A stretch of DNA of 64,000 bases from Asterias rubens (taxonomy: Eukaryota). Numbering within the stretch: position 1 is the stretch's first letter; each line of letters opens with the position of its first letter. The position numbers and the translations under genes are program-made. Under the pieces are notes generated by a model. That model searched no databases and was not told where the DNA came from. It saw only the letters and a program-made list of their open reading frames with translations. The DNA lies in the NCBI RefSeq assembly GCF_902459465.1, contig NC_047067.1, forward strand, positions 16,616,001 to 16,680,000, given 5' to 3'. Below, in pieces: positions 23,221 through 34,600 of this stretch.

Positions 23221-24432
23221 CTAGCTCTACGTAAAGATGCTGCAAGTGTAGCGTTGTGTACAGGGGAGGGCTAAAGTGGCTTGGCAGGGTCACAATACAA
23301 ATCACTGTGGCAAACAACCCATCCTAAGTTAAGCAAATCTTAATGCTTTGTGAAATCGTTCACTTGTCCGTCTTTTTTCCATTTCGGCATTGTCGATCCC
23401 ATCCATATTTTCCAGTTTCCAGCGGATCCTGATACTGACTCTTTCCCAGTCCCGTTTATATCCTGTTTCGTTTGTTTTGTTCCTGTTCAGTTTATTATTT
23501 TCTGTTCTGTATAGTTTTCAAACCCCTTTGCTCCCCCCCCCCCCCCCCACCAGCCTCGTTCATTTTCCCCCCCAACTCCCTGTGCCGTGCCTCTCCCGTC
23601 CCCGCGATCCCCTGCACCCCTGCATTGGCATTGTTCTTTGCTTGCCACTGTTTGCCCATAACTCATATTTTACAGTTTCGCGCGGGTCCCGTTTTGTTTC
23701 CCGTTTAATGGGCTTGATTTCCCCCACTCAGTTTAATATTTTCCTGTCCCATGTCCCATATCATGATAGTCCCTTTTAATTTTGTTCAATCCCTACCCCA
23801 GCCCTGTTCATTTTCCCCGTCATTTCTATTTTTGCCGTTTCCCCATACCCCGTTCCACAGACGTACCACTTTGTGCCCCTACATCCTTTCCCCGTCCAGA
23901 ATCTAACCCGTGCCTCCTTCCCGTCATCCCGCCCGTGAATTGTTCTTTGCACTTTTTGCCGTACCATAACTTTCTTGTTCCCCGCGGGTCCCGCCAGTCA
24001 GTTGGTTCTCTGTTTCGTGTATTTTTCTCTGTCCAGTTTTTTTTCTTCCCTGCGTCCAATGTCATCATTAGTCCCTTTTTCTTTTTCCTCTTTCCGTATT
24101 ATTTTTCCATCCCCTTTACTAATGTTCCCTACAATTTTTGCCGTTCCCCCGCCATCTTCCAACAGACGTACCACACTACATGCCACTTCCATCTCCCTGT
24201 CCCCACAACGTGCTCTAATAACCCCCACCAGCCTTCGTCACAAAGGACGCTTGCCCTCAACCACAAAGTTTTACACGCTCGCGCTTTGACTGTGACATCA
24301 CAAACAACACATGCCCCAACCCATGGGTACCCCAAAATTTACCCAGGACGCATCATTTTAGCAGGGTGCGGGCACCACTTGCCAAACAACAATGGCGGCG
24401 CCCATGCGATTTAAGCGCTTTTATAATATAGA
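23221..24432 (-). mobile_element. Non-autonomous Helitron
   Basis: Minus strand begins A|TCTATATTATAAAAGC and ends CTAG|T. Imperfect hairpin about 12 nt upstream of CTAG. No TSD. Second copy at 42378-43721. Confidence 0.8.
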
Positions 24433-24934
24433 TGTATGACTGTTTATATAATTCCAAATTTGACATGTTTTTGGTGGTCCTAGCTACCGCCTTGTGCACC
24501 AAAGGGTTAATGCACTCAATATTGTAAATTTAAAGTAATTCAATACACAATACATAAAAATTGTATTGTTTTTCAAAGAGGTCAACAAAATTTAAATATT
24601 TCCTGAATTTAAAACATTTTCTGAACAACAGAAACATTTACAATGTAAGCCCCACATGAGAACAGCTAATACAAAATGTGAAATGGCATAAAATCGATTA
24701 TTAAATCAATCGAGTGTCTTTGTGAAAGGTATACTTTTATAAAAACCTTCACTGATATTTATTCTGAGAAAATTGTCATTGGCTGTAAATGCTTATATCT
24801 TACAACAAGATAATTTACAGGAACGTTACAGAATTGGTAAGAAACAAAATTCCTTTTTTTTTCAGGTGATTAAGCTAGCAACCACTTGTGAAATAGGTTT
24901 ACTCTTAAGCAAATGTTTTTGCTACGTTAAGCAA

Positions 24935-26655
24935 ACAAATTTTGACCTAGGTGTCCGTCGCAAAATAATGCCATGGATCGTAAACTTCCTGACGGCACGC
25001 CACCACAGAGTTCGATACCCCTCTGCCCTATCAGAATGGGAAACCATCTCCTGTGGAGTACCACAGGGTACGAAGTTTGGACCCATCGCATTCATTGGCA
25101 TTATAAATGCTGAAAGTACCGACTCTTCTAGTTTTAAGTATGTCGATGATCTAAGCCTTGCTGAGGTCCGTCCTGCCAATGTGCCTACTCGGATTGACTT
25201 AGACCTTCAGGACCTTGAAGATTGAGCTGACAGTAACCACCTTAAAGGAGCACGTTGCCTTGGATCGGTCGAGTTGGTCTTTGAAAAGCGTTAGTAACCA
25301 TTTGTTATAAAAATTGATATGGTTGGAAAGATGTTGTAAAAGTATAATACAAAGATCTACACAAATATGCCTCAAAATTGCGTGGTTTTCGTTTTACCTC
25401 GTCGACTAACACGGTCGGCCATTTATGGGAGTCAAAAAGTTGACTCCCATAAATGGTTGACTGTGTTAATTCACGACGTAAAATGAAAACCAGGCAACTT
25501 TGAGTGATACTTGTGTGGATCATTATATTCTACTTTTAAAACATCTTTCTAACCATATACACTTCATAACAAACGGTTTCAACCGCTTTTTTTATAGACC
25601 AAGTCCGATCCAAGGCAACGTGTCCCTTTAAGCTCAATCCCTCTAAATGTAAGGTTATGCAAGTGTGATTCAATAGAAACCCTCCATGTCCTCCTGATAT
25701 GAAGATTGCTGACAAGGGGCTTGAGCTGGTTACTGAAACCAAGCTTCTCGGTCTTACTGTTCAATCAGATCTTAAATGGGACTCTCAGGTCAATGATATG
25801 GTGTGTAAGAGCAGTCGCAGACTTTACATGCTTGGTCGTCTCAAGCGTTTTGGTGTACCCGTTGAGGACTTGGTATCTGTGTATGTTGGCTATGTGCGTC
25901 CTTCAGTTGAGTATGCGTCTCCTGTGTGGCATGGTTGCATCAGTAAACAGCAAACTCATCAAATTGAAAGAATTCAAAAAAGAGCGTGTCACGTGATCCT
26001 TGGGAACCACTATACTACATACACAGATGCTCTTGACCTCATGGGTCTCCAGACGCTTGAAGATAGACGTGATCAATTATGTACTAACTTTGCTGTTAAA
26101 TGTAGTACCTCTGATAGATATGCCGGTTGGTTCCCTCATAACAACACTCACAGTATGGGTCTTCGCAATGCTACTAAATATACAGTGCCTAAACATAGGA
26201 CTAAGCGTTATGGCAATAGTGCAATTCCATTCCTTACTAAACTTTTAAACCAATCCTCTTAGACTGGAGCTTCCACATTGGCTTTTGTTTTAGTGGTGTA
26301 ACTGTGGGCTGTAAATTTCATTTTCAATGCTATAGTATGCCCTCATAAATGAGGGTCTCCCACATCTTGTACTTGTTTGTTTATATTATTTTTTTTTATC
26401 AAATTTGTCTTTCCAGAGGGTTCCCACAACATCCTGTGCATTTGTTTAGTGTCTTTTAGTGGTTTATCTAGTATATATTTTTATTTATTGTTGTCTTCTT
26501 TTATAATGTTCCTATGTACCCCGTGGTGGTGCAATTTTATGTCTTTTATCTGTGCAATTTTATCAATATTTTTACCTTGTAATGCCACATTATTCAGCTT
26601 CGTGCTGCCAGTTGGTTCTTTAATAAAAATGAATGAATGAATGAATGAATGAATG
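24935..26655 (+). mobile_element. 5'-truncated CR1/L2-group LINE (RT C-terminal half, 3' UTR, (ATGA)n tail)
   Basis: GVPQGTKFGP, YVDD, then after removal of the MITE NHLKLNPSKCK...LLGLTVQSDLKW...EYASPVWH...LERIQKRA-like. One in-frame TGA at 25223. Microsatellite tail at 26630-26655. Confidence 0.9.
25246..25627. mobile_element. TTAA MITE inserted into the LINE RT
   Basis: TIRs AGGAGCACGTTGCCTTGGATCGG / CCGATCCAAGGCAACGTGTCCCT. TTAA at 25242-25245 and 25628-25631. Confidence 0.92.
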
Positions 26656-26871
26656 AAAATTTGCTAAGCAGCCCTATGAAATTGGGCAATGCACACAGTG
26701 CAACATCATTGCAATACGTTGTAAGTGTGACGGCGCAGCTGTGTGTATTTTACGTGTGCGTGTGTGTGTGTGTGCGGTAGGTGTAGCGAAGTATACGAGT
26801 GTCTAAAATGCTTCAGAAATGTTGTACAATCTTCTTCTTCTTAACTCTCAAGTTAGTGCGTAACCTATTAA

Positions 26872-27239
26872 AGCCATTGGACCCTTTCGGTAAACAGTAT
26901 TGTCCAAGGCCCACACTTCGTGTATCACAACTTCTATATCAAATAACAAACCTCGGAAAATTTAGGCTCAATCGGTCATCGGAGTCGGGAGAAAATAACG
27001 GGAAAACCCACCCTTGTATCCGCGTGTTTCGCCGTGTCATGACATGTGTTTAAAATAAATCCGTAATTCTCGTTAACGAGAATTGATATTGTTTTACTGT
27101 TTTCTCAAAAAGTAAAGCACTTCATGGAATAATATTTCAAGAGAAGTATTTCACCACTACCTTCTGTAAACCCTGTAAGTTATTTGTAAATCTGTGAATT
27201 TTTTTTTTTTTTTTTCTGTACCGAAAGGGTCCAATGGCT
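26872..27239. mobile_element. TTAA MITE
   Basis: TIRs AGCCATTGGACCCTTTCGGTA / TACCGAAAGGGTCCAATGGCT. TTAA on both sides. Confidence 0.9.
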
Positions 27240-27410
27240 TTAAGGGGCGCTTTGAACCATACAAATAGTAAATGTCAGACAGACAAGGTGATGATTTTTT
27301 TATTGCCAATCTGCATTTATATCGCCCGCCATTTTATCGGTACCTTCTTCTTTTTTGCTTCAGCGCAAACAATCTAAAATGTTGCAATGTGATGTACATA
27401 CATGTGCTAA

Positions 27411-28420
27411 ATAATAATAATAAGACTTGTAATGTGCACATATCCACCCTGCTGGGTGTTCAAGGCGCAGTAAAACCAAAAACAAAACAAAGAAAAACAG
27501 ACACAACAAAATTAGTCCTTGAATACCTGTGATATAAGATAAGTTTTGAGAAGAGATTTGAATTTTGTGGTACAAAGACAAGATCGAAGATTAAGTGGTA
27601 GAGAGTTCCAGATGCGTGGCGCAGCTGAAGAAAAAGACCCGTCACCCCATGAGTGTTGAGACTTGGGTTCAATGAGGAGAAGCATGGAACTTGATCGAAG
27701 ATTCCTTGATGGAGTGTAGACTTGAAGCAGTTCAGAAATATAGTGGGGAGCCTTGCCATTAAGAGCTTTGTGGACAATGAGCATCAGCTTGAAGATGATT
27801 CGTTGAGAGATAGGGAGCCAGTGTAGTTGTTTCAGAATGGGGGTGACAGAACAGGGTTTTCTAGACAGTGTCACAATGCGGGCAGCAGTATTTTAGAGCC
27901 GTTGAAGTCGGGAAATCTGGTTGTTAGGAAGACTGTAGAGAAGAGCATTGCCGTTTTCAAGACGAGAAGTAACAAATGCATGAATGACGTTTTCAGTGGC
28001 ACTTTTGTCCAAGTACTTGCGAATCTTACCTATATTCCTGAGTGATGTGATACGATGATAGACGAACAATGTTGTTCATGTGTGGCTGAAGTGTCATCGT
28101 TCATACAAAATTAACCCCTAAGTTCCGAGCTTTCAGCGAGGGAGCTATCCGAGCATCACCGATGGAAATGTATGGCACTGAAACCTTTGTTGACGTGACC
28201 CAAATAGAAGGAACTCTGTCTTATCATCATTTAACTTCAGGAAGTTTTGTTGTGTCCAACGTCGAATCTCTTGGATGCATTTGTCAAGTCTTGCAATAGA
28301 TGCGTTGGCGTTTTTTTGAGAAGATTTATCAGTGGTGTATAGCTGAGAGTCATCTGCGTACACATGGTAATTCAGATTAAATTTCAAGATGATTACACGA
28401 ATCGGTAATCTGTGTGCTGT
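27411..28420 (-). mobile_element. L2-clade LINE 3' fragment
   Basis: YADDSQLY...NFLKLNDDKTEFLLFGS and LHWLPISQRIIFK...RNLRS...SFSSAAPRIWNSLP...FKSLLKTYL. 3' tail ends in (TTA)n. Confidence 0.9.
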
Positions 28421-29549
28421 GAGAGATCATGTCAAGAGATTAAGTCATTGAATCGCCAAGGTAAGGAGATTACTAAAAGCCATTAAATAATGCCTTTTCA
28501 AAGCATTTTACAGTCACTTCCAGTTTAGACAGATCAAAAGGTCAAGAAAAGGTCACCAACATATAAATTTTTGTGAAGTTAGTAAAGCCCTTTCAATAAT
28601 GTATAGATTGTCAAAATAGCTTATGTGGTTGAGGAAATATGAGCTAATGAAATATTTATGACTGTAGAAGAGACTAACTACATGTAACAGTAAGGGACAT
28701 GTATGGTTTAAACGGCTTGAACGAAGACTATTGTGCACGCTCTAGGGATGATCACTGAAGCGTGACTCTGCTGCGCTGCTAATACTACAGGTGGTGTAGG
28801 CCTACATGTAAAATGTTTATGCACATACCAATGGGGGATTTACGTAGTTCTTTAGACATGAATTTTGAAATTTTCAACCTCTCTTTTGAGCCGGAAGACT
28901 TAGTCAAAATGGGGTCATGTCTTTGAGGCGTTTACGGAGTTTTCAATGACAATTCAGATGATGTTTTGATTGCAAGAATCCCTCATGTACACACACACAC
29001 ATGTAGATCAGAAGTTATGATTTCTTGAAATAATAAACTTTTAATTTTCAGAACTCAAAAATTTATGACGTCATCATGACGAAACTACACATTTTTCTTC
29101 TCCCAATGGATATACGAAGTTCATACGAATTTCGGAAAGGTTATTTTGTTAGCGGACAAGAGACGGACAGAAAAAGAATAAGAAGTATGAAGAAAAAGAA
29201 AAAAAACGAACAAAAATAAGAGGTGTTCTGGGCTTTTGGCCTGAACACCTAAAAACCAAACAATAACAATGAGTTGTTCTGATTGTTGCCTGAACACCTA
29301 AGAAGAAGAAGTATCAATAAAATAAAATAAAACAAACAAAAATAAGAGGTGTTCCTGGCTGTTGCCCGAACACCTAATTATGTGGTGAAAAGCATAACAC
29401 ACATCATACAAGATATAACTTCAGTACAGAAACACATTTAAATGTGTTTCTGTACTGAAGTTATTTCCGAAAATCCTTAAGGAAGAGCAGTTAAGAGGGC
29501 AAGCCTGAGGTGCACACGTCTTGGCAAAAGCATAAATTTACATACATAC

Positions 29550-29713
29550 CTCATCACAACCCCATCGTTGGTACCAGTGTAGATATGCTTTCGCACCAAA
29601 CATCACTTTTGCTTTAGACAATACATTCTGGGCAAACTGAGAAAAGCTGCTGCTGTTGGTACATACAGTCAGAGAATTTTCATCTGCTGCAGGACCATTG
29701 GGGTTTTCTGTCC
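29550..29713 (-). CDS. Zeta/delta-type tubulin exon (GTENPNGPAADENSLTVCTNSSSFSQFAQNVLSKAKVMFGAKAYLHWYQRWGCDE)
   Basis: Acceptor TTCTTTTTCTTAG, donor GTATGT, 164 nt, phase 1 to 0. KAKVMFGAKAYLHWY..WG is a tubulin helix-11/12 motif. Confidence 0.9.
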
Positions 29714-31504
29714 CTAAGAAAAAGAACATGAACATTATTGGGATTAAGTACAAACTCTAGGTGATCGGTTTTCGGGAGTAAAAACCCGGTGTAAAAAAAT
29801 ATTCCACTTTGCTTTGTTCTCAAGATTTGTACTCAAGTTTCACCTCAGTCGAACATTGGTTTGGCATACACACAGCTTTGAAAAGTGCACCTTTAAAGCA
29901 GTACCACCTGACACATGATGACCTCATCAAGCTAAGACTGCACGGATACGTTGCTATTATGAAGGAGATTATGTATACCAATTTTGAAACAATTGTCATA
30001 AACTCTGACACAAACATCTAGTAAAAACGTATTTTTAGATGTTTATAATCTGCCGCTAGAGGGCGCACTTATTTTTGGTGACGTCATCAGTAGTGTTTTT
30101 ATAAACCTGACCTTTGCCAGACTTGTTTGCTGTGATGGTAAAGCAACAAAGGATGTATATTTCAACCTACATGTAATAGCCCTTAAATAACGCCCTTTCA
30201 AATCATTTTTACAGTCATTTCCGGTTTGAAAAGGTCCAACATGTCCATTTTTGTTAAGTACGTAAAGCCCTTTCATATGATGTATAGATTGTTAAAATGG
30301 CTGATGTGGTTGAGGGAATATGAACTTACGAAAAATTTACGACTGTAGGAGAGACTAAATATAAACCGAAAGGCAAATGTACCTGACATTATGTTGAAAA
30401 CGTAAGAGAGCGTGACTATGCTCCTCAATGCACCGCATACTTACACGTGGTGACCGCAATGCACCGCATACTTACACGTGGTGACAAAGTACATGTACAT
30501 GTAATTGTAAAATCTTTTTGCGCAATCAATGGGGGAATTTTGTAGTTCTTTATACATGAATTTTTGAATTTTCAACCTCGATTTTGAACCAGAAGACAAG
30601 ATCCAAATGGGGTCATGTCTGCAAGGCGTTTACGGAGTTTTTAACGACCTTTCCGATGATGTATCGATTGTAAGAATCCATCATGTAGATCAAAAGTTAT
30701 GATTTTTTGAAATAATAAACTTTGAATATTTATAACTCAAGAATGGATGACGTCATCATGACGTAACCAGCACAGTATTCCACTCCTTATGCATATCTAA
30801 CTATTTGCAAAGTTTCAAGTTCATACGAGTTTTGAAAGTGTGCTTTTGTTAGAGGACAAGGGACGGAGAGAAGAAGATGAAGAAGTAAAAAAAAAAAAAA
30901 AAAAATAGATATAGTGTTTGTAGAAACAAACACTAGGTGTTCGGCTATGGGTCAGTGTTTGAATCAATGAAAAAAGTGTTGTTGATAGCTCGTCAAATTG
31001 CAAAGAAATCAAAACCAAACAGTTTTCTCGATGTGAAATTATTTTATGGTAAAGCATTTAAATAATGCCTTTTCAAAGCATTTTACAGGCACTTCCGGTT
31101 TAAAAAGGTCAAGAGAAGGTCACCAACATACCAATTTTTGTGAAGTACGTGAGGCCCTTTCATATGATGTATAGATTGTCAAAAAAGCTTTTGTGGTCGA
31201 GGAAATGTGAATGATGAATAATGGCGACTGGAGAAGAGACTAACTAACCGGAAGGGAAATGTTTGTTGAAAACGCCTTGAAAACAGACTACGTACGTAAA
31301 GCCCTTTCATATGATGTAGATTGTCAAAATAGCTTTTGTGGTTGAGGGCATAAGCATAGGAACTTATGCATATGACGACTGGAGAAGAGACTAACTAACC
31401 GGAAGGGAAATGTTTGTTGAAAACGACTTGAAAACAGACTAAAAACGAAGCTAATAGGAGAAGAAAAAAATAAATAAATAAATAAATAATACAAAATGTG
31501 GTCG

Positions 31505-31604
31505 CCAATTGGTCTCCAATCAAAGTACTGACCAAGCCCGATTTTGCTTAACTTCAGTGATCGGACGGGAACCGGTGTTATCAATAGATAATACAGTCGT
31601 AGAT
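31505..31604 (-). pseudogene. 3'-truncated 5S rRNA pseudogene fragment
   Basis: Minus strand TCTACGAC...CACCGGTTCCCGTCCGATCACTGAAGTTAAGCAAAATCGGGCTTGGTCAGTACTTTGATTGGAGACC. The final 25 nt or so of 5S are absent. Confidence 0.85.
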
Positions 31605-31638
31605 AATACAATAAATTCGATTTGAACCAGAAGACAAG

Positions 31639-34600
31639 TGTAGTGTTCACGTGATCACACTGTAATACATGTAATGTTATACATTTATGCAAATGAGTTG
31701 GCCTCGTGTAAGAGTACACGGAGGAAAGGTGGAAAACAGAGGAACAGAATAAAGACACATGTTGATGCACATAAGATTGAATTCGTCTATAGTATTGGTT
31801 TAATCCGTATGTCTAGTAAGACTCTACAATTGGCGACGAGGATAAACATCATAGCAACTTTTGAAAAAGTCTAAGTTGTTTTGAAACAGAGGAAAAGTGC
31901 GAAACACCGACGAAAATGGCGCAGAATATCCAGCTGAATGGAGTTGAGAAATTTGATCCTCATGGTGACCCCGCACAGTTGAGACAAATGTGGCGGCGAT
32001 GGTTGCGTGGGTTTGAGTATTTTGCTGTTGGAAAGGGAGTCACAAATCAAGGACAGAAGAAAGCCCTTCTACTGCATTGTACCGGTCCTGACGTTCAGGA
32101 TATTTTCTTTTCCCTGAAGGAGGAGGAGGGAACAGACGAGTATGATAAAGCCGTGAAAACCTTGAACAAACATTTCAAAGTGAAAATCAACGTGCCGTAC
32201 GAACGCTATGGTTTTCGCAACATGGAACAGGCGGCCGGGGAAACAGTTGATCAGTACATAGTGCGGCTCCGACAGAAGGCATTATTATGCGAGTTTGACA
32301 AGTCAGACGAGGAGATCAGGGACCAGTTGATTGCACAATGTAAGTCACATAAAATTCGTACCAAACTGTTAGAAAAGGGGCAATCATTAACACTTGACCG
32401 TTTGAGGATGATCGCAACAAATGTAGAATTGATGAGAAACAGTCCAAGGATATGGAGGCGAAGAAACCAGACTATGGTCCACATGTAAATGCTGTAAGGC
32501 GACACAAGGCCTCTGACTACGAGCAAAGGAGAAAGAATGGTGAACATGGAGACGCCAGCAAGGGTTATAGAGGCGGCGCTGGGACAAGACAACATGCCAA
32601 CGGTGATCAGTGTTTCCGTTGCGGACACAGAGGACATTATGCCCGTGATCAGGAGTGTCCAGCCCGAAATGCGGTGTGCAACAAATGCGGAAATCGCGGA
32701 CATTATGGAGTTGCTTGCAAGACCCAGACGAGCAAAAACAGAAAAGACAATTACGAGCAAAAGGATGCCAAATGGAGAAATAACAAAGGACAAAAATGGA
32801 ATGGAACCGGAGGAAATAAACCAAGAGGAAAAGTTCACACAGTGCAAGAAGACACTGAAACTGGTAGTGACACTGAATTTGCATTCCATGTAGGCATGGT
32901 GGGAAGTAATAAAGAGGAAAAGATCAAAGTAAGTTTGGGGCAGGGCATACCAGTAGATGTTATCATTGACAGTGGAGCTTCAGTAAATATCATTGACAAA
33001 AGTCTGTGGGAGGAATTGAAAGGTAAAAGAATTCAGTGTAAATCTGAAAGAAGTAATAAGAAGTTGTATGCATATGGATCAACAAATCCATTAAATGTTC
33101 TTTGTAAATTTGTAACCAAAATTAAAGTTGATGGTATGAGTCATGAAGACACTGAAGTAAAGCAGATTTTTATGTCACAGAAAATAAAGGGTCTGCACTT
33201 CTAGGTAAAGATACAAGTGTTGAACTGGGTGTGCTTAAGATTGGTGTAAACCTTGTGGCTGGAGAAGTGATAGATAGTTATCCAGAATGTTTTCAAGGGG
33301 TAGGAAAGTTGAAGGACCATAAGCTGAAGTTGCACATTGACAAAGAGGTTAGACCAGTGGCACAACACATGTACCGGGTACCATACACCTTAAGAGAGAA
33401 GGTCAGTGACAAACTAGATGAATTAGAGTCACTAAGTATAATAGAGAAAGTTAATCACCCAACTTCGTGGGTAAGCCCAGTGATTGTTGTACCCAAACCT
33501 AATGGCGATATTCGACTGTGTGTTGATATGCGACAAGCCAATAAGGCCATAATCAGAGAAAGGCATCCTATTCCTACTGTTGATGAGATTTTGTACAATA
33601 TGAATGGTAGTGAAGTTTTCAGTAAGTTAGATATGAAGTATGGGTATCACCAAATAGAATTGGAAGAAGATTCACGAGAAATCACAACGTTTGTAACCCA
33701 TAAAGGCCTGTATAGGTATACACGATTGATGTTTGGCATAAGTGCAGCACCAGAGAAGTACCAGCAAGTAATAGCTCAGGTACTACATGATTGTGAAGGA
33801 GTTCAAAACATATCAGATGATATTGTTGTTCATGGAAAAAACCAAGCAGAGCACGATGAAAGACTAGTGAAAGTCATGCAGAGACTGAAGGAAAAGAACT
33901 TGACCTTAAATAAGGAAAAGTGTCAGTTTGGTTTGACAAAGATTACGTTCATGGGTCATGTGTTATCCAAAAATGGAGTTGAGCCCACAGAGGGGAGAAT
34001 CAAAGCCATGAAAGAGGCAAGACCCCCAACAATGCAGCCGAAATCAAGAGTTTTCTGGGACTTGTGAATTTCTCAGCACGATACATTCCTAATTTGGCCA
34101 CTGTGGCTGAACCATTGCGTAGGCTGACTAGAAAAAATGAGAAGTTCACATGGGGCAAAGAACAACAAAACAGTTTTGATGTGTTGAAGGATTGCCTAAC
34201 TAAGACTGAGACATTAGGGTATTACCGTCTTGATGCTACACGTACACAACTTGTTACGGATGCAAGTAATGTTGGTTTAGGGGCTGTGTTACTTCAAGAA
34301 TATGAAGGGGAAACTAGAGTCATTAGTTATGCCAGTAGGACATTAAGTGATGTGGAGACAAGGTACTCTACTACTGAGAAAGAAGCACTTGCCGTTGTGT
34401 GGGCATGTGAGAAATTTCAGATATATCTGTACGGATTGAATTTCGAATTGATCACAGATCATAAACCACTAGAAGTGTTGTATGGGCCAAAGTCAAAACC
34501 AAATGCCAGAATTGAGAGATGGGTGTTAAGATTAATGCCATTCACATATACAATTCGATATGCACCTGGGCCACAAAACATTGCAGATGTGTTGTCAAGG

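Larger units (their letters stand above)
28440..31638 (+). mobile_element. Cluster of Helentron/HINE-like repeat copies (same family at about 36500-36980 and inverted at about 45640-46540)
   Basis: Shared blocks (ATGGGGTCATGTC..GGCGTTTACGGAG, GTAGATCAAAAGTTATGATTT, ATGACGTCATCATGAC) recur at about 28900, 30600 and 36720. 3' hairpins AGGTGTTC...GAACACCT at about 29220-29375. The tubulin exon at 29550-29713 lies between copies. Class is inferred. Confidence 0.6.

Noticed and set aside
23390-24414. Cluster of overlapping ORFs (also 42549-43650)
   Set aside because: Low-complexity Pro/Phe/Ser-rich translations of the Helitron interior. Frames are not conserved between the two copies and no domain motifs are present.
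32430-32488. Programmed ribosomal frameshift between Gypsy ORFs
   Set aside because: The break falls inside gag before the zinc knuckles, with no slippery heptamer seen. Further breaks occur in pol, so these are more likely mutations or assembly indels.
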